A stretch of 60,831 bases of DNA from Vicugna vicugna (Eukaryota): contig MU058243.1 in NCBI GenBank assembly GCA_013265495.1, forward strand, positions 1-60,831, in the 5' to 3' direction. This document shows, piece by piece, positions 37,615 to 51,372 of the stretch (position 1 is the first letter of the stretch; each line of letters starts with the position of its first letter). A program made the position numbers and the translations under genes. The notes beneath the pieces were generated by a model, which saw only the letters and a program-made list of their open reading frames with translations, ran no database searches and was not told where the DNA came from.

Positions 37615-39844
37615 TGGTTTTATAAAAAATCTTGGATTGCTGCATTTGCCTTCTGGCTGCATGGTTAACCTCTAATCCTGATCATTGATCACTGACTCTT
37701 TATTAATTCATGCATTAAATTAAGCACTTTTAAAAGAAAGGCAATCCAATGAAAGAATGAGCAAAAGTTTTGAACGTGTCTCACCAAAAGAGCTACCCAA
37801 ACAATCAATTAATATATAAAGAGGCACACAACTTTATTCGTCACCAGTGAAATGCAAATTAAAACCATAATGAGATCTTACTATCCATCCATTAGACTAG
37901 CAAATGTTAAGTAGTCGGATTAAAGTAAGCATTTAGTATTCTTGGTGAAGACATAGAACAATGAGAACCTTTATAGACTGCTAGAAATATACATTGATAA
38001 AATAAAAATCCCCAAAATGGAATAGCTAAGTCAAATTTTTATAGTTGTCCTCCATATTGGATTGTACTCATTTACATTCCCTCCAGCAACGTGTGAAAGT
38101 TTCTGTTTTTCCACAGCCTCACCAACAGACTATATTGTCAGGATTTTTAACTTTTGCTCACTAAAGTTAAAAATGCACTTCTCTTATTAGGATTGGGGTT
38201 GAATTTTTTCATAATTTGAGTCATTTGCATGTATCTTATAATCTGCTGAATTCATTTACTATATCATAAACAAATTCTTTTATGTCATTAAACATGTTTC
38301 TACAATTTGATATGAATATATATGTGTATATGTAAATAATAGGTTTGTTAACTAATCCTCTTCTTTGAAAATTGAATACTCCAATGATTTCTTCTAGCTG
38401 ACCAAGAAGCTAAAACAGCAGACTTCAAAGTGGGCTGCTTCTAGCTACATCCCTAGCTCCCTGCTGGTTCAGTGTCCTCTGCCCATCCCCTGTCTACGTC
38501 TACCATCCGCAGTTACAGAATGTTGTTCTAAAGTCATAACACTCATGAAAGTGGAGACTTGAGCTCATTATTAATGCAATATTGTCATAATTTGTAATTG
38601 AGTCCTGCTGTAATTTCAGCAACTCAGTAGCTTAGCTTTGACAGCCCTAGTTAAACTCACACTACCTAGGAAGTCTTATAATGGTGAAGCATTGACTTAT
38701 GAGGAAGAAAAGTTTCATGGGTAACCAAAAGTGACGCTTCCTAGGGGAGAAAAAAAAGCACTGTGAAAGAAAGATGTAAGAATAAAGAAGAAATATTTGG
38801 CACTGCAAAATGCAAATAAATAGCTTTCAAAGTTATTTGGATCCAAGCCCACTCTTGAGGATGCTAAAGAGGCTGCCAAGAGGCAGTGGTCCTGGAAGGT
38901 TGTAGGGCAATGCCCTGAGGACAAGGAAGACGAATGAGCCAACATTTCTTTATCAGAGGCCTCACCAACAAGGCCATGAAAAAGTCTGTAGCAAGGATGA
39001 AAGTGAGAGATACATCCCAAAGAATGAGATTTAGACAAGCCTGGGGGATTTCAGCTTCCCCGAATAATTTATTAATATTGGTCACATGTCATTTTATGTT
39101 AAACTTCTTTGCGCATAACTTTGTGTTAAAGTTTAAGCACAAAGTAAGAGGTGCCTGTTTGGAATCCCAAATATTACCAATCGTCTTGGGAAAACAAGCT
39201 ATGTCAGAAAACAGCATCACTCATGACTCTACTTATCTGGAGATTTTGTGGAAGTGTATATGAACATGGATATATTAACTCTAATGTAATTCTCTATGAA
39301 TACCAATTGTAACAGAAGATTATAAATACATGCCTTTGTCTTTATTTAGCCTTTGTATGTCATGATCCACCATCTTAGCTGAAATTTTTATATTTATAAA
39401 TATTCTTTATTTTCATTAATAATAATGAAAATTTAAAATCAACAGAGAGTAAGAAAGAAAAAAGAATATTAGAAAAAGTATCTGCAGTGTTACTTCCCTA
39501 GTTTTCCACATTCTTGATTATTCCACAAATGGGAAAGAAAAGAAGTGTGTCTCCTCTGCCAAGCTACTCCAGGCCTTGGCCAAAAGGGTGCCAGCATGTT
39601 TGTGTTTCCAGGATTGTTTATGCTAGCTGCTGTGATTAATCTCCTCCCCGACACCCACTACATTTATACAGTCCAGCACTCCTGGTATTGTCACCGCTGT
39701 TGATGGAAAGCAGTTAAACCAATAATGAAAAGTGCATTGACATGTCAGGGGGAAATGGTTGCATAAAAACAAGCCTAAAAGCAAGCATCAAACAGGCATA
39801 AAAACAAGTCAGGGTTAACCCTGACTCCCAGAAGAAAAGGAAAA

Positions 39845-39992
39845 TTAGAATGAACAAAGTAAAGAAGGAGGAGGAGAAGAGGAAGAAGGGGGGAGGGGAA
39901 GGAGGATGGGGAAAGAAAGGGAAGGGGAAGCATAAGGGGAAGGGGAAGCAAGAGGAGAGAGAGGAGGAGGAGGAGAGGGAGAAGCAGCAGCA
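39845..39992 (+). repeat. Purine-rich (GA) low-complexity tract
   Basis: Almost entirely G/A, with gag, gaa and gggg repeats, ending in (cag)4. Confidence 0.85.
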
Positions 39993-40429
39993 GCTTACAT
40001 TAATGCAGAAACTAGGAAGGTTGCCCTACAAATGCCAGAAATTTCACTACACTATGCGGATAGAGACAAAGAGGAGGCCGTAGCCACCAAGGGCTGTCAT
40101 GGGCAATACGTCCTGCACACCTAATTAGGAGGTGGAAGTGTAAGCCTGAGAAAGATGGGACCACTCAGTTTGGGATTCTTTTGTGCTATCACGATCAATT
40201 TCCAGAGGTAGCTGACCTTACTGAGAAAGAAAGGGAAAGCACATCCAGGCTTGAACAGGTAATGGGATGTAAGATCAAACGGGTGATTTTCTGTGAAACT
40301 GTAAATAATCACATTGATACAGCTTGAGAGGGGAGGAATGAGAGTGCTGTTCAGGAATTACATTTATAAAAGACTCTGGGGATCAAAATATGTGCAGAGA
40401 ATTTCTTTCAAATATCCTATAAGCACTTA

Positions 40430-43100
40430 AAGTGTTCAGAACTCTATGGAGAACTTGCTAATTTATTATACACATTTGATAGGACTTAAATGTAAAAAGT
40501 TGACAAAGAAAGCTCTGAAAGTAAACTTTCAGGCCAATTCCATTTACAAATATAGATACAAGACTCACCAAAAAAATTCAAAATTTTATTAAGATAGCAA
40601 TGTTTTGTTTCTGAGCATGACTTTTTCCAGCAAATAAGATTAGTAAGTTACTAGGAAACTGTTACTATATTTTGCCAAATTCATTGGCCAATGGCAAGTA
40701 TCATATTTTTGTCTCAGTAAATGTCAAAAAGAAATTTGTTAAAATGTAGCATCTATTAACAAAAAAATAGCTTGTATCAGTAATAGTCCTTGAGAAAAGA
40801 AAGTGACTAACAGATTTCCTTTAAACAGAAACCAAAAAAACACAGAATAATTAAGAAATGGGAATTATATGGAGAGAATGAAAAACATCATGCTATTTTA
40901 GACTTTACTGAATGGCATAAGAGAATATTTGAGAAATATTATTTCACATGATTCAAAACCTGCAAAACACGTAAGGGAAGGGAAACAATCCTCCTTCTCT
41001 GTATGCATGGTTTTCATCTGTACACCAGTATTCATAGCAGCAGTATTCACCATAGCCAAAAATGGTGAAAGCACCCTTCTATCTTTATATAATTCCAGAA
41101 AGCTATCAATTCTTCTCAAATTATTCCAACAAGTATGTTTAGGTAGCTGTTAAAGCAAATCATTTGAAAGAGTAAATGGATGAAAAATAGCTCAAGAAAA
41201 GTTTGAGCAAAAAGAGTTAATTTTGATATCAGCAAAATAACAAAAAAAATGATAAGAAGTAACTTGCTCTTCCAAATATTAAAACAATCAGTCCTGGGAA
41301 TAGAATTGGTCAATAAAAAACAGAACAGAAATCACACACACACACATACACACACACACACAGAGAAACCCAAGGATTTAACATTTTGTATAGGGTATAT
41401 GCTACAGATCATATGTCAGTTCTGTAAGGATTATCCCATAACTTTCTTTGGAAACCTGACAACCACCAAATCTGTAGGATTCTGTAACTCAAATGAATTA
41501 ATGGATGACCACATAACCCACCGCTATCCCCAGCTTAGCGAGTCACTATATACATTAACATACTGAAGCTTCTAAGAGCCTTTCCATTTAAAATTGTTTT
41601 AATTTATTTTTTGAGGTAATATATTCATGTGGTTTAAAAACCAGGAAGTGTAAAAAGGTAATTAGAAAGTGATTTCTTCCTCTAACCACTGTTTTTAGTT
41701 CCTTGTAAGCCTTCCAAAGTTCCTTTATGCCTACCTAAAAAAGTTTAAGTATATATTCTACTTGTTTCCTTTCTTAACACAAAGTATCATATACCCTATT
41801 CTTATTTTCCTAACAATTTATTTTAGATATATCGCATCAGTATAGAGCAAACATTCTCATTTTTGCTTATAGCTGCATAATATTCCTTTGTATAGAAAAA
41901 ACATTGTTTATCTGGCATGATATTGATGTATATTTGGATTGCTTCCAGTGTTTAGCTATTTCAAATTAAATTGTAATGAATAGGCTCTACTCTGATAATT
42001 TTGCAGCAAAGAAATCTGATGGTTTTTCTTAAACCTTGTGTTTCCCAAATTTAGTTGATCAAAGAATTCTCCTTTCGACTAACCCCTGTTAACATCCCAC
42101 AGAAATATTGTCCATAAAACATATTCTGGAAAAATTCTGGGCTAATCATAAAAATGTTTTTCTTTCTCACAACTTAAAACCAATATAAATTCCAAATTGA
42201 GATAGAGTAGAAGCTTTTGAAGAATAACACTCAAGGCAAACCAAAATAAAAGAAATTGTTGGTGTGAGTACTGACATTACATAGTGATACAGATATAGAC
42301 ATATTTGTTAAATACTGTAGATGTCAGGAAACTTTGTGAGGAAGTTCTGCACATGACAAACTGAGAGAAAAACGTCTGAGACAAACCACTGATATAACTA
42401 ACACAGAGGAGCTCCAACTAATCCATAAGAATAAGGCAAGGATCAAAAATCTAACAGTTCATCCATGAAAGAATATGAAAACCTGTATTCCAATAATGGA
42501 TACAACTTTCTCCTTAATTTACCAGCTCAGGTTAAACTTAATAAATATGTTAAGTATTAAAAAGTTTATGGGGAAGATAAGCTCTGTTTTCAGGAGGATG
42601 CTTTGCTCCTATCTATCAAGACTTTAAAATATACACTTGATCTGGGTTAACAAATATATTCTCCAGAAGTCATACAGCAGGAATGTATATGCAATCTGTT
42701 CATATCAGCATGATTTATAAGGTTATAAACTTAGAAGCAAATGCCCAATTGTAGAGGATGATTAAATCAGTAGTGGATCATCCACACAATGAAAAACTGT
42801 GCAGTCGTTAAAAATAGCATTGCACAAGCATGTTCATTAATATGAAAATATATTCATGATATTCTAATTAGTAAATAAAGCAGGCTTTAAAGTAATGTGT
42901 AGAGTATAGTACCATACTGTGTTTTAAGAGTGTTTACTTGTACTTACAGATTATAGGGGGACAGTCTGAAACTATACACAATAAAATCTGCTCAGTTTTT
43001 ATCTTGGAAGTGGGATTACAAGTCATTTAAATTTTTTATTTTTGCCTATCTGAAATTTAAGTTGCTTCCAACTGAAAATAAATTCTTACTTGCAATGCAT
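40430..43100. mobile_element. Mosaic of very old L1 (L1ME-type) fragments in both orientations
   Basis: Degenerate ORF2 and 3' UTR motifs, for example atagctgcataatattcc...tttggattgcttccag and cacacaatgaaaaactgtgcagtcgttaaaaa. Confidence 0.5.
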
Positions 43101-44072
43101 TTTAAAATTCAGTAATGTGAAAATTTTAAGGCATCCACTTCTAGAAGAAAAATATTATTGCTTAAAAAAATCACTAGGGCATAAAAAGATGAAATAAAAA
43201 TGAATATTTTAGCACCTGAAAAATAGTTAGGCTAATTATATAGTTATTAAACCAGAGTTATTTTCTCACAATTCTTTAGACATGTTCTTCTGGCATTTAG
43301 TTTTGTGAAGAAATTGGACACCATCTGATTTTTGCATTTTAGATAATTTGTGATATCTGCCTGTATGCATTTAAGATTTTTCTCTATTCTTTATATTAAA
43401 AAAACAGAATGCATGTATATTTGGAAGTTTATATTACATTTTTCTATCATTTCTGAGACCTTCCAACTTTAAGTCAGATCTCTAGTTCAGGGAAATTTTC
43501 TTTAAATTAGAATTAAATTAAAATTGTCCTCTCCTCAGAGTTAATGCCATGTATAAATTGTTTCCCTCAAGTCTGTTCTCCATGTCCCTTACTAATCTTG
43601 GTCATTTCTTTCTCTAGACATTAGGGTTTATGCCCCCAGCTGTTCAAGCTCTGGAGCTGACAGTTTCTTACCCTGATGCCTTCTGCACATTCCAAAAGTA
43701 GGAGCAAGTTCAAGGTCAAGCCTCATCTATTCCCTTAAGCCCTTCCTCAGCATCACCCCTGCAGCCTTCTGCACTGGGGCAGCTTCCTCACATCTGTTTT
43801 CCTTAGTGGGTTGCTCTTTCTCCAGCAGCCCGGACTCTTTTGCTCAGGTCTCAGCTGTTCAGCAACCTGAAGATACTTGCTCTGGGCCACAGTAGACACC
43901 CTGTACTAGCTTCCAGCACTGAAATGGATTTCTACATTTTTTTTAACAATTTCAGGGACTATTCCAGAAGGAGAGGGAATTAACTACATTGGGCTTAAAC
44001 TGGAGTATCACATCCCAAATTTTAAAATGATCCCTTTTATATTTTTCAACTACTAACATAGCAAAGTAATTT

Positions 44073-45502
44073 TTAAAAATTTTTATTGAAGTGTGGTTGA
44101 TTTACAACGTTAGTTTCGGGTGTACAGCCGAGTGATTCAGTTATACATACACATACATTTTATTTTTTATTCTTTTCAATTATTTTCCTTTATATGTTAG
44201 TACAAGAAATTAGATATAGCTTCCTGTGCTCTACAGTAGCTCCTTGTTGTTTACCTATTTTATCTATAGTAGCATATGTCTGTTAATCAATCCCCAATCC
44301 CTAATTTATCCCTCCCTGCCCCTTCTCCTTTGGTAACCATAGTTTGTTTTCTATGTCTGTGAGTCTGTTTTTGGTTTGTAAATAGAATTTGTATCATTTT
44401 TTCAAATTCCAGATATAAGTGATATCATATGATATTTGTCTTTCTCTGTCTGACTTACTTCACTTAGTATGATAATTTCTAGGTCCACCCATGTTGTTAC
44501 AAATGGCATTAATTCATTCTTTTTAATGACTGAGTAATATTCCATTTTGTATATATACTATATCTTATTTATCCAGTCATCTATTGATGGACATTTAGGT
44601 TGTTTCCATGTCTTGGCTATATTGTACATAGTGCTGCTATGAACACTGAGGTTCATGTGTCTTTTTAAATTATGTTTGTCTTTGAATATTATGTCCAGGA
44701 GTGGGATTGCTGTATCACATGGTAAGTCTATTTTTAATTTTTTAAGGAACCTCCATACTTTCCTCCATAGTGGCTGCACCAATTTACATTCCCACCAACA
44801 GTGTAGGAGGGTTCATTTTTGTCCACACCCTCTTTAGCATTTATTATTTGTAGACTTTTAAATGATATCCACTCTGATTGGTGTGAGGTGATAACTCCTT
44901 GTAGTTTTGATTTCTATTTCTCTAATAATTAGAGATATTGAGCATCTTTTTATGTTCCTGTTGGCCATCTGGATGTCTTCTTTGGAGAAATGTCTATTTA
45001 GGTCTTCTCCCCATTTTTTGATTGGGTTTTTTTTTTTAGTATTAAACTCTATGAGCTGTTTGTATATTTTGGAAATTAGTTCCTTTTTGCTTGTGTCATT
45101 TGCAAATATTTTCTCCCAGTCTATATGTTGTCTTTTCATTTTGTTATTGGCTTCCTTTGCTGTGCAGAAGCTTTTAAGTTTAATTAGGTCCCATTTGTTT
45201 ATTTTTGCTTTTATTTCTGTTACTCGAGGAGCTGGTTTGAAAAAAAATATTGCTGAAATTTATATCCAAGAGTGTTCTGCCTATGCTTTCCTCTATGAGT
45301 TTTATAGTATCTAGTCTTACATTTGGGTCTTTAATCCATTTTGAGTTTATTTTTGTATATGGTGTTAGAGAATGTTCTAATTTCATTCTTTTACATGTAT
45401 CTGTCCAGTTTTCCCAGCACCACTTATTGAAGAGACTGTCTTTTCTCTATTGTGTGGTCTTGCCTCCTTGTTGTAGATTAATTGACCTTAAGTACATGGG
45501 TT
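44073..45502 (-). mobile_element. 5'-truncated L1 (ORF2 C-terminus and 3' UTR)
   Basis: Peptides WEKIFAN and [16 protein letters not shown]. Perfect 14-bp TSD tagcaaagtaattt (44059-44072, 45503-45516). Confidence 0.92.
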
Positions 45503-45783
45503 TAGCAAAGTAATTTGTTTTTACGAGCTTATCTTTTATCTAATCATTTTATTTATTCTAATAGAATTTAAGCTGACTTTTTTTCTATGAACACAATCAT
45601 ATCATCTGCAAATAATAATTATTGACTTCATCTTTCTAGTGGTTACACCTCTTATTTCTGCTTCATGTTGTTTATAATGACCAAAACTTTTAGCATTGAA
45701 TAATAATGATTTTATTAACTTTCTTACAGTTCTGGGAATGCCTCCAGAACTGTACTATTAAGTAGGTTTTTGGCTGTTGAATT

Positions 45784-47919
45784 TAAGACAGGAGAGAAGG
45801 GGGCAGGGCACAGCCATGAAGGCAATGACACAGCAGTTATCACCAAGATGGCAGGAGATTCAACTCTCAATAGACCTGGAGGCCAAAGATGGCAGGAGGT
45901 TTGACTTCCAGTAGATCCTGAGCTTCATTATGCACTTATTGTAATATATTAGCATGGTAATTGGCACTCCCACAGACTGTGTAACAGTTCCAAGGCTAAC
46001 TAAAAAGTCAAAAAGTGGGTAATGGCCCAATTCCCAGCAATCCAAGCCCCTTCCCCAAAGTAGTTGGAATAATGCTCACACTTGTCAGCATATGAAGTTA
46101 CCAAGCCCATAAAAACTAATAGCCCTTGCATCTCCTGGTCCATCTCATTTTTCTAGCTGATCCCATGCTTGGATGCTACCACTCTTCCTTGATAAAAATG
46201 GTCCACATTCTGCCTATGAAATGTGTATTTCCTAGGACCCTCTGTCACTTTTTCTTGCCTTCTGAGATGGCTCACACTCTGTCAATGGAGTATGTATCTA
46301 CTTTTTCTTTAAACACCCACACCCACGCCTTGTGGTCTCTCTGACCTTCTGAGATGGCCTACACTTGGTTTATGGAGTGTGCATCTCTCTAAATAAATCT
46401 ACTTTTACTCAACTATGGCTCACTTTTGAATTCTTTTCTTATTCAAAAAAAATTTTATTGAGCTATAGTCATTTACAATGTTGTGTCAAATTCCAGTGTA
46501 GAGCACAATTTTTCAGTTATACATGAACATACATATATTCATTGTCACTTTTTTTTCTCTGTGAGCTACCACAAAACCTTGTATATATTTCCCTGTGCTA
46601 TACAGTATAATCTTGTCTTATCTATTCTGCATATACCTGTCATTATCTACAAATTTTGAAATCCCAGTCTTTCCCTTCACATGCCTCGCCCCCTTGGCAA
46701 CCACAAGTTTGTATTCTATGTCTATGAGTCTGTTTCTGTTTTGTATTTATGTTCTTCTTTTTATTTTTTTTAGATTCTACATATAAGCAATCTTATATGG
46801 TATTTTTCTTTCTCTCTCTTTCTGGTTTACTTCATTTAGAATGACATTCTCCAGGGACATCCATGTTGCTGCAAATGGCATTATGTTGTCATTTTTATGG
46901 CTAAATAGTATTTCATTATATAAATATACCAAATCTTCTTTATCCAGTCATCTGTTGATGGACATTTAGGCTGTTTCCATGTCTTGGCTATTGCAAATAG
47001 TGCTGTTATGAACATTGGGGTACAGGTGTAATTTTGAAGTAGGGCTCCTTCTGGATATATGCCCAGGAGTGGGATTCCTGGGTCATACGGTAAGTCTATT
47101 CCTAGTCTTTTGAGGAATCTCCATTCTGTTTTCCACAGTGGCTGCACCAAACTGCATTCCCACCAGCAGTGTAGGAGGGTTCCCTTTTCTCCACAGCCTC
47201 TCCAGCATTTGTCATTTGTGGACTTTTGAATGATGGCCATTCTGACTGGTGTGAGGTGATACCTCATTGTAGTTTTGATTTGCATTTCTCTGATAATTAG
47301 TGATATTGAGCATTTTTTCACGTGCATATTGATCATTTGTATGTCTTCCTTGGAGAATTGCTTGTTTAGGTCTTCTGCCCATTTTTGGATTGGGTTGTTC
47401 ATTTTTTTCTTATTGCGTCATATTAGCTGCTTATATATTCTGGAGACCAAGCCTTTGTCGGTTTCATCGTTTGCAAAAATTTTTTCCCACCCTGTAGGTT
47501 GTCATTTTGTTTTACTTATGGTTTCCTTTGCTGTGCAGAAGCTTGTAAGTTTAATTAAGTCCCATTTGTTTATTCTTGCTTTTATTTCTATTGCTTGGTT
47601 AGACTGCCCTAGGAGAACATTTTTGAGATATATGTCAGATAATGTTTTGCCTATGTTTTCTTTTAGGAGGTTTATTGTATCTTGTCTTATGTTTAAGTCT
47701 TTGATCCATTTTGAGTTTATTTTTATGTATGGTATAAGGGAGTATTCTAGCTTCACTGATTTAGATGCTGCTGTCCAGTTTTCCCAACACCATTTGCTGA
47801 AAAGACTGAATTCTTTTCTGCATTAAACCCAAAGAACCTCACTTGGAGGGGCACATCCCAGGGACTCAGCCAAGACTTGGGACAAGGCCATCCTCTTGTG
47901 CCCCATTTTTCCTGTATCA
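45784..47919 (+). mobile_element. ERV1-type solo LTR (sense to TACR1), interrupted by an L1
   Basis: Inverted termini taagacagg / cctgtatca, tandem aagatggcaggag motifs, and AATAAA at 46392-46397. U5 resumes at 47807. Confidence 0.75.
46440..47806 (-). mobile_element. Young 5'-truncated L1
   Basis: A 173-aa open stretch of the ORF2 C-terminus (46881-47402). Perfect 13-bp TSD tgaattcttttct (46427-46439, 47807-47819). Confidence 0.93.
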
Positions 47920-48750
47920 GTTTCACAGTTAAATTTAATTTATTGAAAACTAATCTTGTTTTCTGAAACAGCAATGGAATTAGCAAGGGAACTCACCCAT
48001 AAAACCAGCTAGCCCTAGAGTCTTATGGAAAGACTCTATAACACATTGTTTAATTCTATTACTGCTACAGTATTTTTTTCAATTTGTTAATGTACATTTT
48101 TAAGAAAAAATATTTTATAGTGACTTTTAATTTAATAATATACAATTATATACCATCTTTAATTTTTTAAATTTCTTTTTTATTTTTATTCCAAAATACT
48201 TGCCAAAGAGATTATTTATCTATTTTCATTCATTAACTTTTGCTCATATTTTTATTTTTCCTTCTGGTTTTATAAAAGTTTAAATGTACATTTTTTGAAT
48301 TTCTGAGTTGAATACTTCATCCACTTATTTTTATTTTTCAAATAGTGAAACCATCTAACACTTAGATCCACTTTGTCTCCATTCCAGTAGCTCTGATATA
48401 TATAGTGCTTTCATATCCTCAACTTTTAAAATAATTTACCACTGTATTTTTCCAAATACTCAGTAGGTATTCAGAAAAGTTTTTTTTTTAAGTCAAAGAT
48501 AGATGGAGGTGTTCTTTCTTTTTTTCTTTCTTTCTTTTCTCTCTCTCTCTCACACACACTGTTCTCATTTTCGTTTGTGCTGTGCTTTGAGCATTTTCAT
48601 ACTTTGTGGTATACAAGATGCTCTAGGCTCACCCTGTGTATTTTCTGCCCCAGACCTATAATCAGCCGTTTCCCTAAGGGGTCCTGGTTTCTTTTATTGG
48701 AGAATGGCATTTGAAACCTAGATCTGAGCTCTAGATGTGTTATTGTCATT

Positions 48751-48895
48751 AAAAAAAATTACTTATTTAATTTATTTTTTTGAAGGGGGAGGTAATTATA
48801 TTTATTTATTTTTTTTAATGGAGGTACTGGGGATTGAACCCAGGACCTCATGCATGTTGAGCATGTGCTCTGCCGCTGAGCTATCCCCTTGCCCT
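48751..48895 (-). mobile_element. tRNA-Ala-derived SINE
   Basis: Reverse-complement head ggaggtactggggattgaacccagg...tgagctatcccc. TSD tattgtcatt (48741-48750, 48901-48910). Confidence 0.9.
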
Positions 48896-49626
48896 TATAT
48901 TATTGTCATTTTTAAATGACTTAACAATCACTAAAATTTTCTCAGTTTTTTATTTCTAAATGTTGTTAACTATTGATAGATAGAACCTACATGAACAAAA
49001 GCTCTCTAGGCTTCTCAGTAATTTTTATGAGTGTAAAAATCTTCTAATTACAAGTGGTTGGAAACAATGTATATAGATCTGCCCTTTTAAAAGTGTTTTT
49101 TATTCAATTTCATAAATACAGTTCATAAACAGTGATTTACTGTCATTTCTATGTACTTTTGTTTTGCTAATTATCACCAGTTTATTAGTTCTATGGCTTC
49201 CTGATTTTGAATCCCCATTTTGACTCATCTCTCATTGTCCTGGAGCATGTCTTTTGGTAGTTTCTTTGGTACTTTCTTGCATATTTGAGAGTTCCTTTTC
49301 ATAGAAATGGCAGCTTGATTGGGTATAGATTGTCAGAATATTGTGTATCCTTTTAAGCTCTGCAAAGTTTGCTCTTTTGTTGTTTGAAGTCAAAAATGGT
49401 CTCTTCTTTTATGGATAACCTGAAATGTACTCCAAGATACCTATAGAGTTAAATGTTGACCTAGGAAATTCAAACAGGATCAAAATATTACATCTACCCA
49501 TAATCAAATCATCACTGTCAATTTTTATGCCAAGATATATTTTAGATATGAATCCTTTTTTTTTTTTTTAGTTTTTTTTAGTTTGTACTCTTTGGCTACA
49601 CTTAAAAGAGAGTGACTTTGGATAGT

Positions 49627-50015
49627 GTATCAGTTAGCTCCTGCTGAGTCACAAACCACTCCAAAATGCAGTGGTTTAAAGTAACAACTATTCATGCAGG
49701 TCATGATTTTGTTAGTTGGTTGGTTGGTCTGGTTTGTTGGACTCTCTCATATGTCTTCAGGTTATGTGACTGCTGGAAAACCTAGGAATCCTTATTCACA
49801 TATCTGGCACTTGGAAGATTGTCAGCCAGGATGAGAAGAGTGACTGAACCTTTGTGAATGAGACGGTGTTTCTCATCATCCAGCAGGAGGGCTCAGGCTT
49901 CTTCTCCTGGATTTCAGAAGCAGCAAGAGAGGACAAGTCCCAGTGCGCTAGTGTTTTTCAAGTCTCTGCTTGTCCCACATATGCTGATATGCCATTGGCC
50001 AAACAAACCATGTGG
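49627..50015 (-). mobile_element. MaLR (MLT1-type) LTR relic
   Basis: tgtatcagttagct...acaaaccactccaaaa...gtggtttaaagtaacaac ... ccattggccaaa. Confidence 0.7.
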
Positions 50016-50139
50016 CAGAAAATACGTACATACCTTTACTTTTAATTGCTGAGGAGAGCCTGGCATTTATTTCTCAGGCACAATTCCAGAATTAAGGATG
50101 ATGATTGATGGCCAAGAGCTTACTCCCAAAGTAATCCAC

Positions 50140-50340
50140 AGCAGGGCCATCATTCATCAGCTTTGTGATTTTGGGAAAGTCACTCCACTAATTTTCCAGG
50201 CTTCAGTTTTCTCATCTGAAAATTGGAAATAGTAATAGTACCTACTTCATGAGTTATTGTGAAGATTAGATGAAGCAGTGCATGTGAGCACTTAGCGCAG
50301 TGTCTGGTACTTAATAACCATCCAATGAATGCTGACAGCC
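50140..50340 (+). mobile_element. MIR relic
   Basis: cttcagttttctcatctgaaaattggaaatagtaatagtacctacttcatgagttattgtgaagatta. Confidence 0.75.
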
Positions 50341-50770
50341 ACTAATTCTTAAGTTGTTTTATTTAATTATTATTACAAATAGGGTAGATCTTGCAGCACC
50401 ATTGATGGGAAGATCACCAAGGATGTTTAGTGAATGGGAGTAGCATTCCTTTGACTCATGAAATTACTTTCTAGTTCCCATGAACTTTCTTTTTTGTCTT
50501 ATTCTTCTTTAAAGGGGAGAGCTATGGTTACAGTATGATTTATCATTTCATTCACTCACTTAGCAAGTATTTGTGAACGCTCGCTTTGTGGCAGGTGTTA
50601 TGCTGAAGATATATCAATGGCCAAGACATCGTGCATGGCCTCAATGCCCTTAAAGTCTATGAGTCAACCAGAGAGGTGAAGGACATGTAAGTACTGTGGT
50701 GGGAGCTACAAAGATAGGAAGTCCACAGTGCCAGGAAAAAACAAAGAAGGCTGTCATTAAACCAGGATAA

Positions 50771-51372
50771 TGAAATTTTCAACAGACCATGGTGAGCCAA
50801 ATAACACAGAGACAGGGTCTTAGAAGGAAAAAGGCAGCTTTATGGCTTTGCTGGGCAAAGGGGACTCACAGCAGGCTTGTGCCTTCAAAACTGTGAACCC
50901 ACCTTGAGACTGGGGCTTAGTGATTATATATACAAGCATGTGGGAACATAAAGGTGGTAATGATCAGCAAGAGTCTCTGGTGAAAACTCTTTCTAAATCT
51001 TGATGAGTCCGTTTTGGTGTCATGGGATTATCTGGTGGTCTGGAAGGTATTCAGCCCGGACCTTCTTTATCTGGTTAGACCCATCTGGTGGCACGGAGGA
51101 ACTCCGAAGGGGCTGGCAATTCTCCTGAGTTTACCATTCTGTGACTCTCTTCCTGAAAAACAATTCAGAAAACATGACTATAAATTTTAATTGTCAGAGC
51201 AAAGTAGAAAAAAAAAAAAAAGCAAAGTTAGCAACCTTAGCTTTACCAGTGGGCCTGGGGCTGGGAGCAGTGTCCAGTCAGTCAGGTTTGCTGACCATTC
51301 TAAAAGCAAGCAGTAAGCATAAAGCCAAGAATTTGTTAGCCTAAGTGTGGCCATTTTATTATTTCTCCTTCA
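50771..51372 (-). mobile_element. ERV1-type solo LTR
   Basis: TG...CA termini (tgaaa / ccttca), about 600 bp, with TATA and a degenerate poly(A) signal on the minus strand. Confidence 0.65.

Noticed and set aside
39850..40083. Lys/Glu/Gly-rich ORF
   Set aside because: It is the translation of a low-complexity purine tract.
46881..47826. 173-aa and 183-aa ORFs
   Set aside because: These are the L1 ORF2 C-terminus of a truncated copy and its antisense shadow, not host genes.
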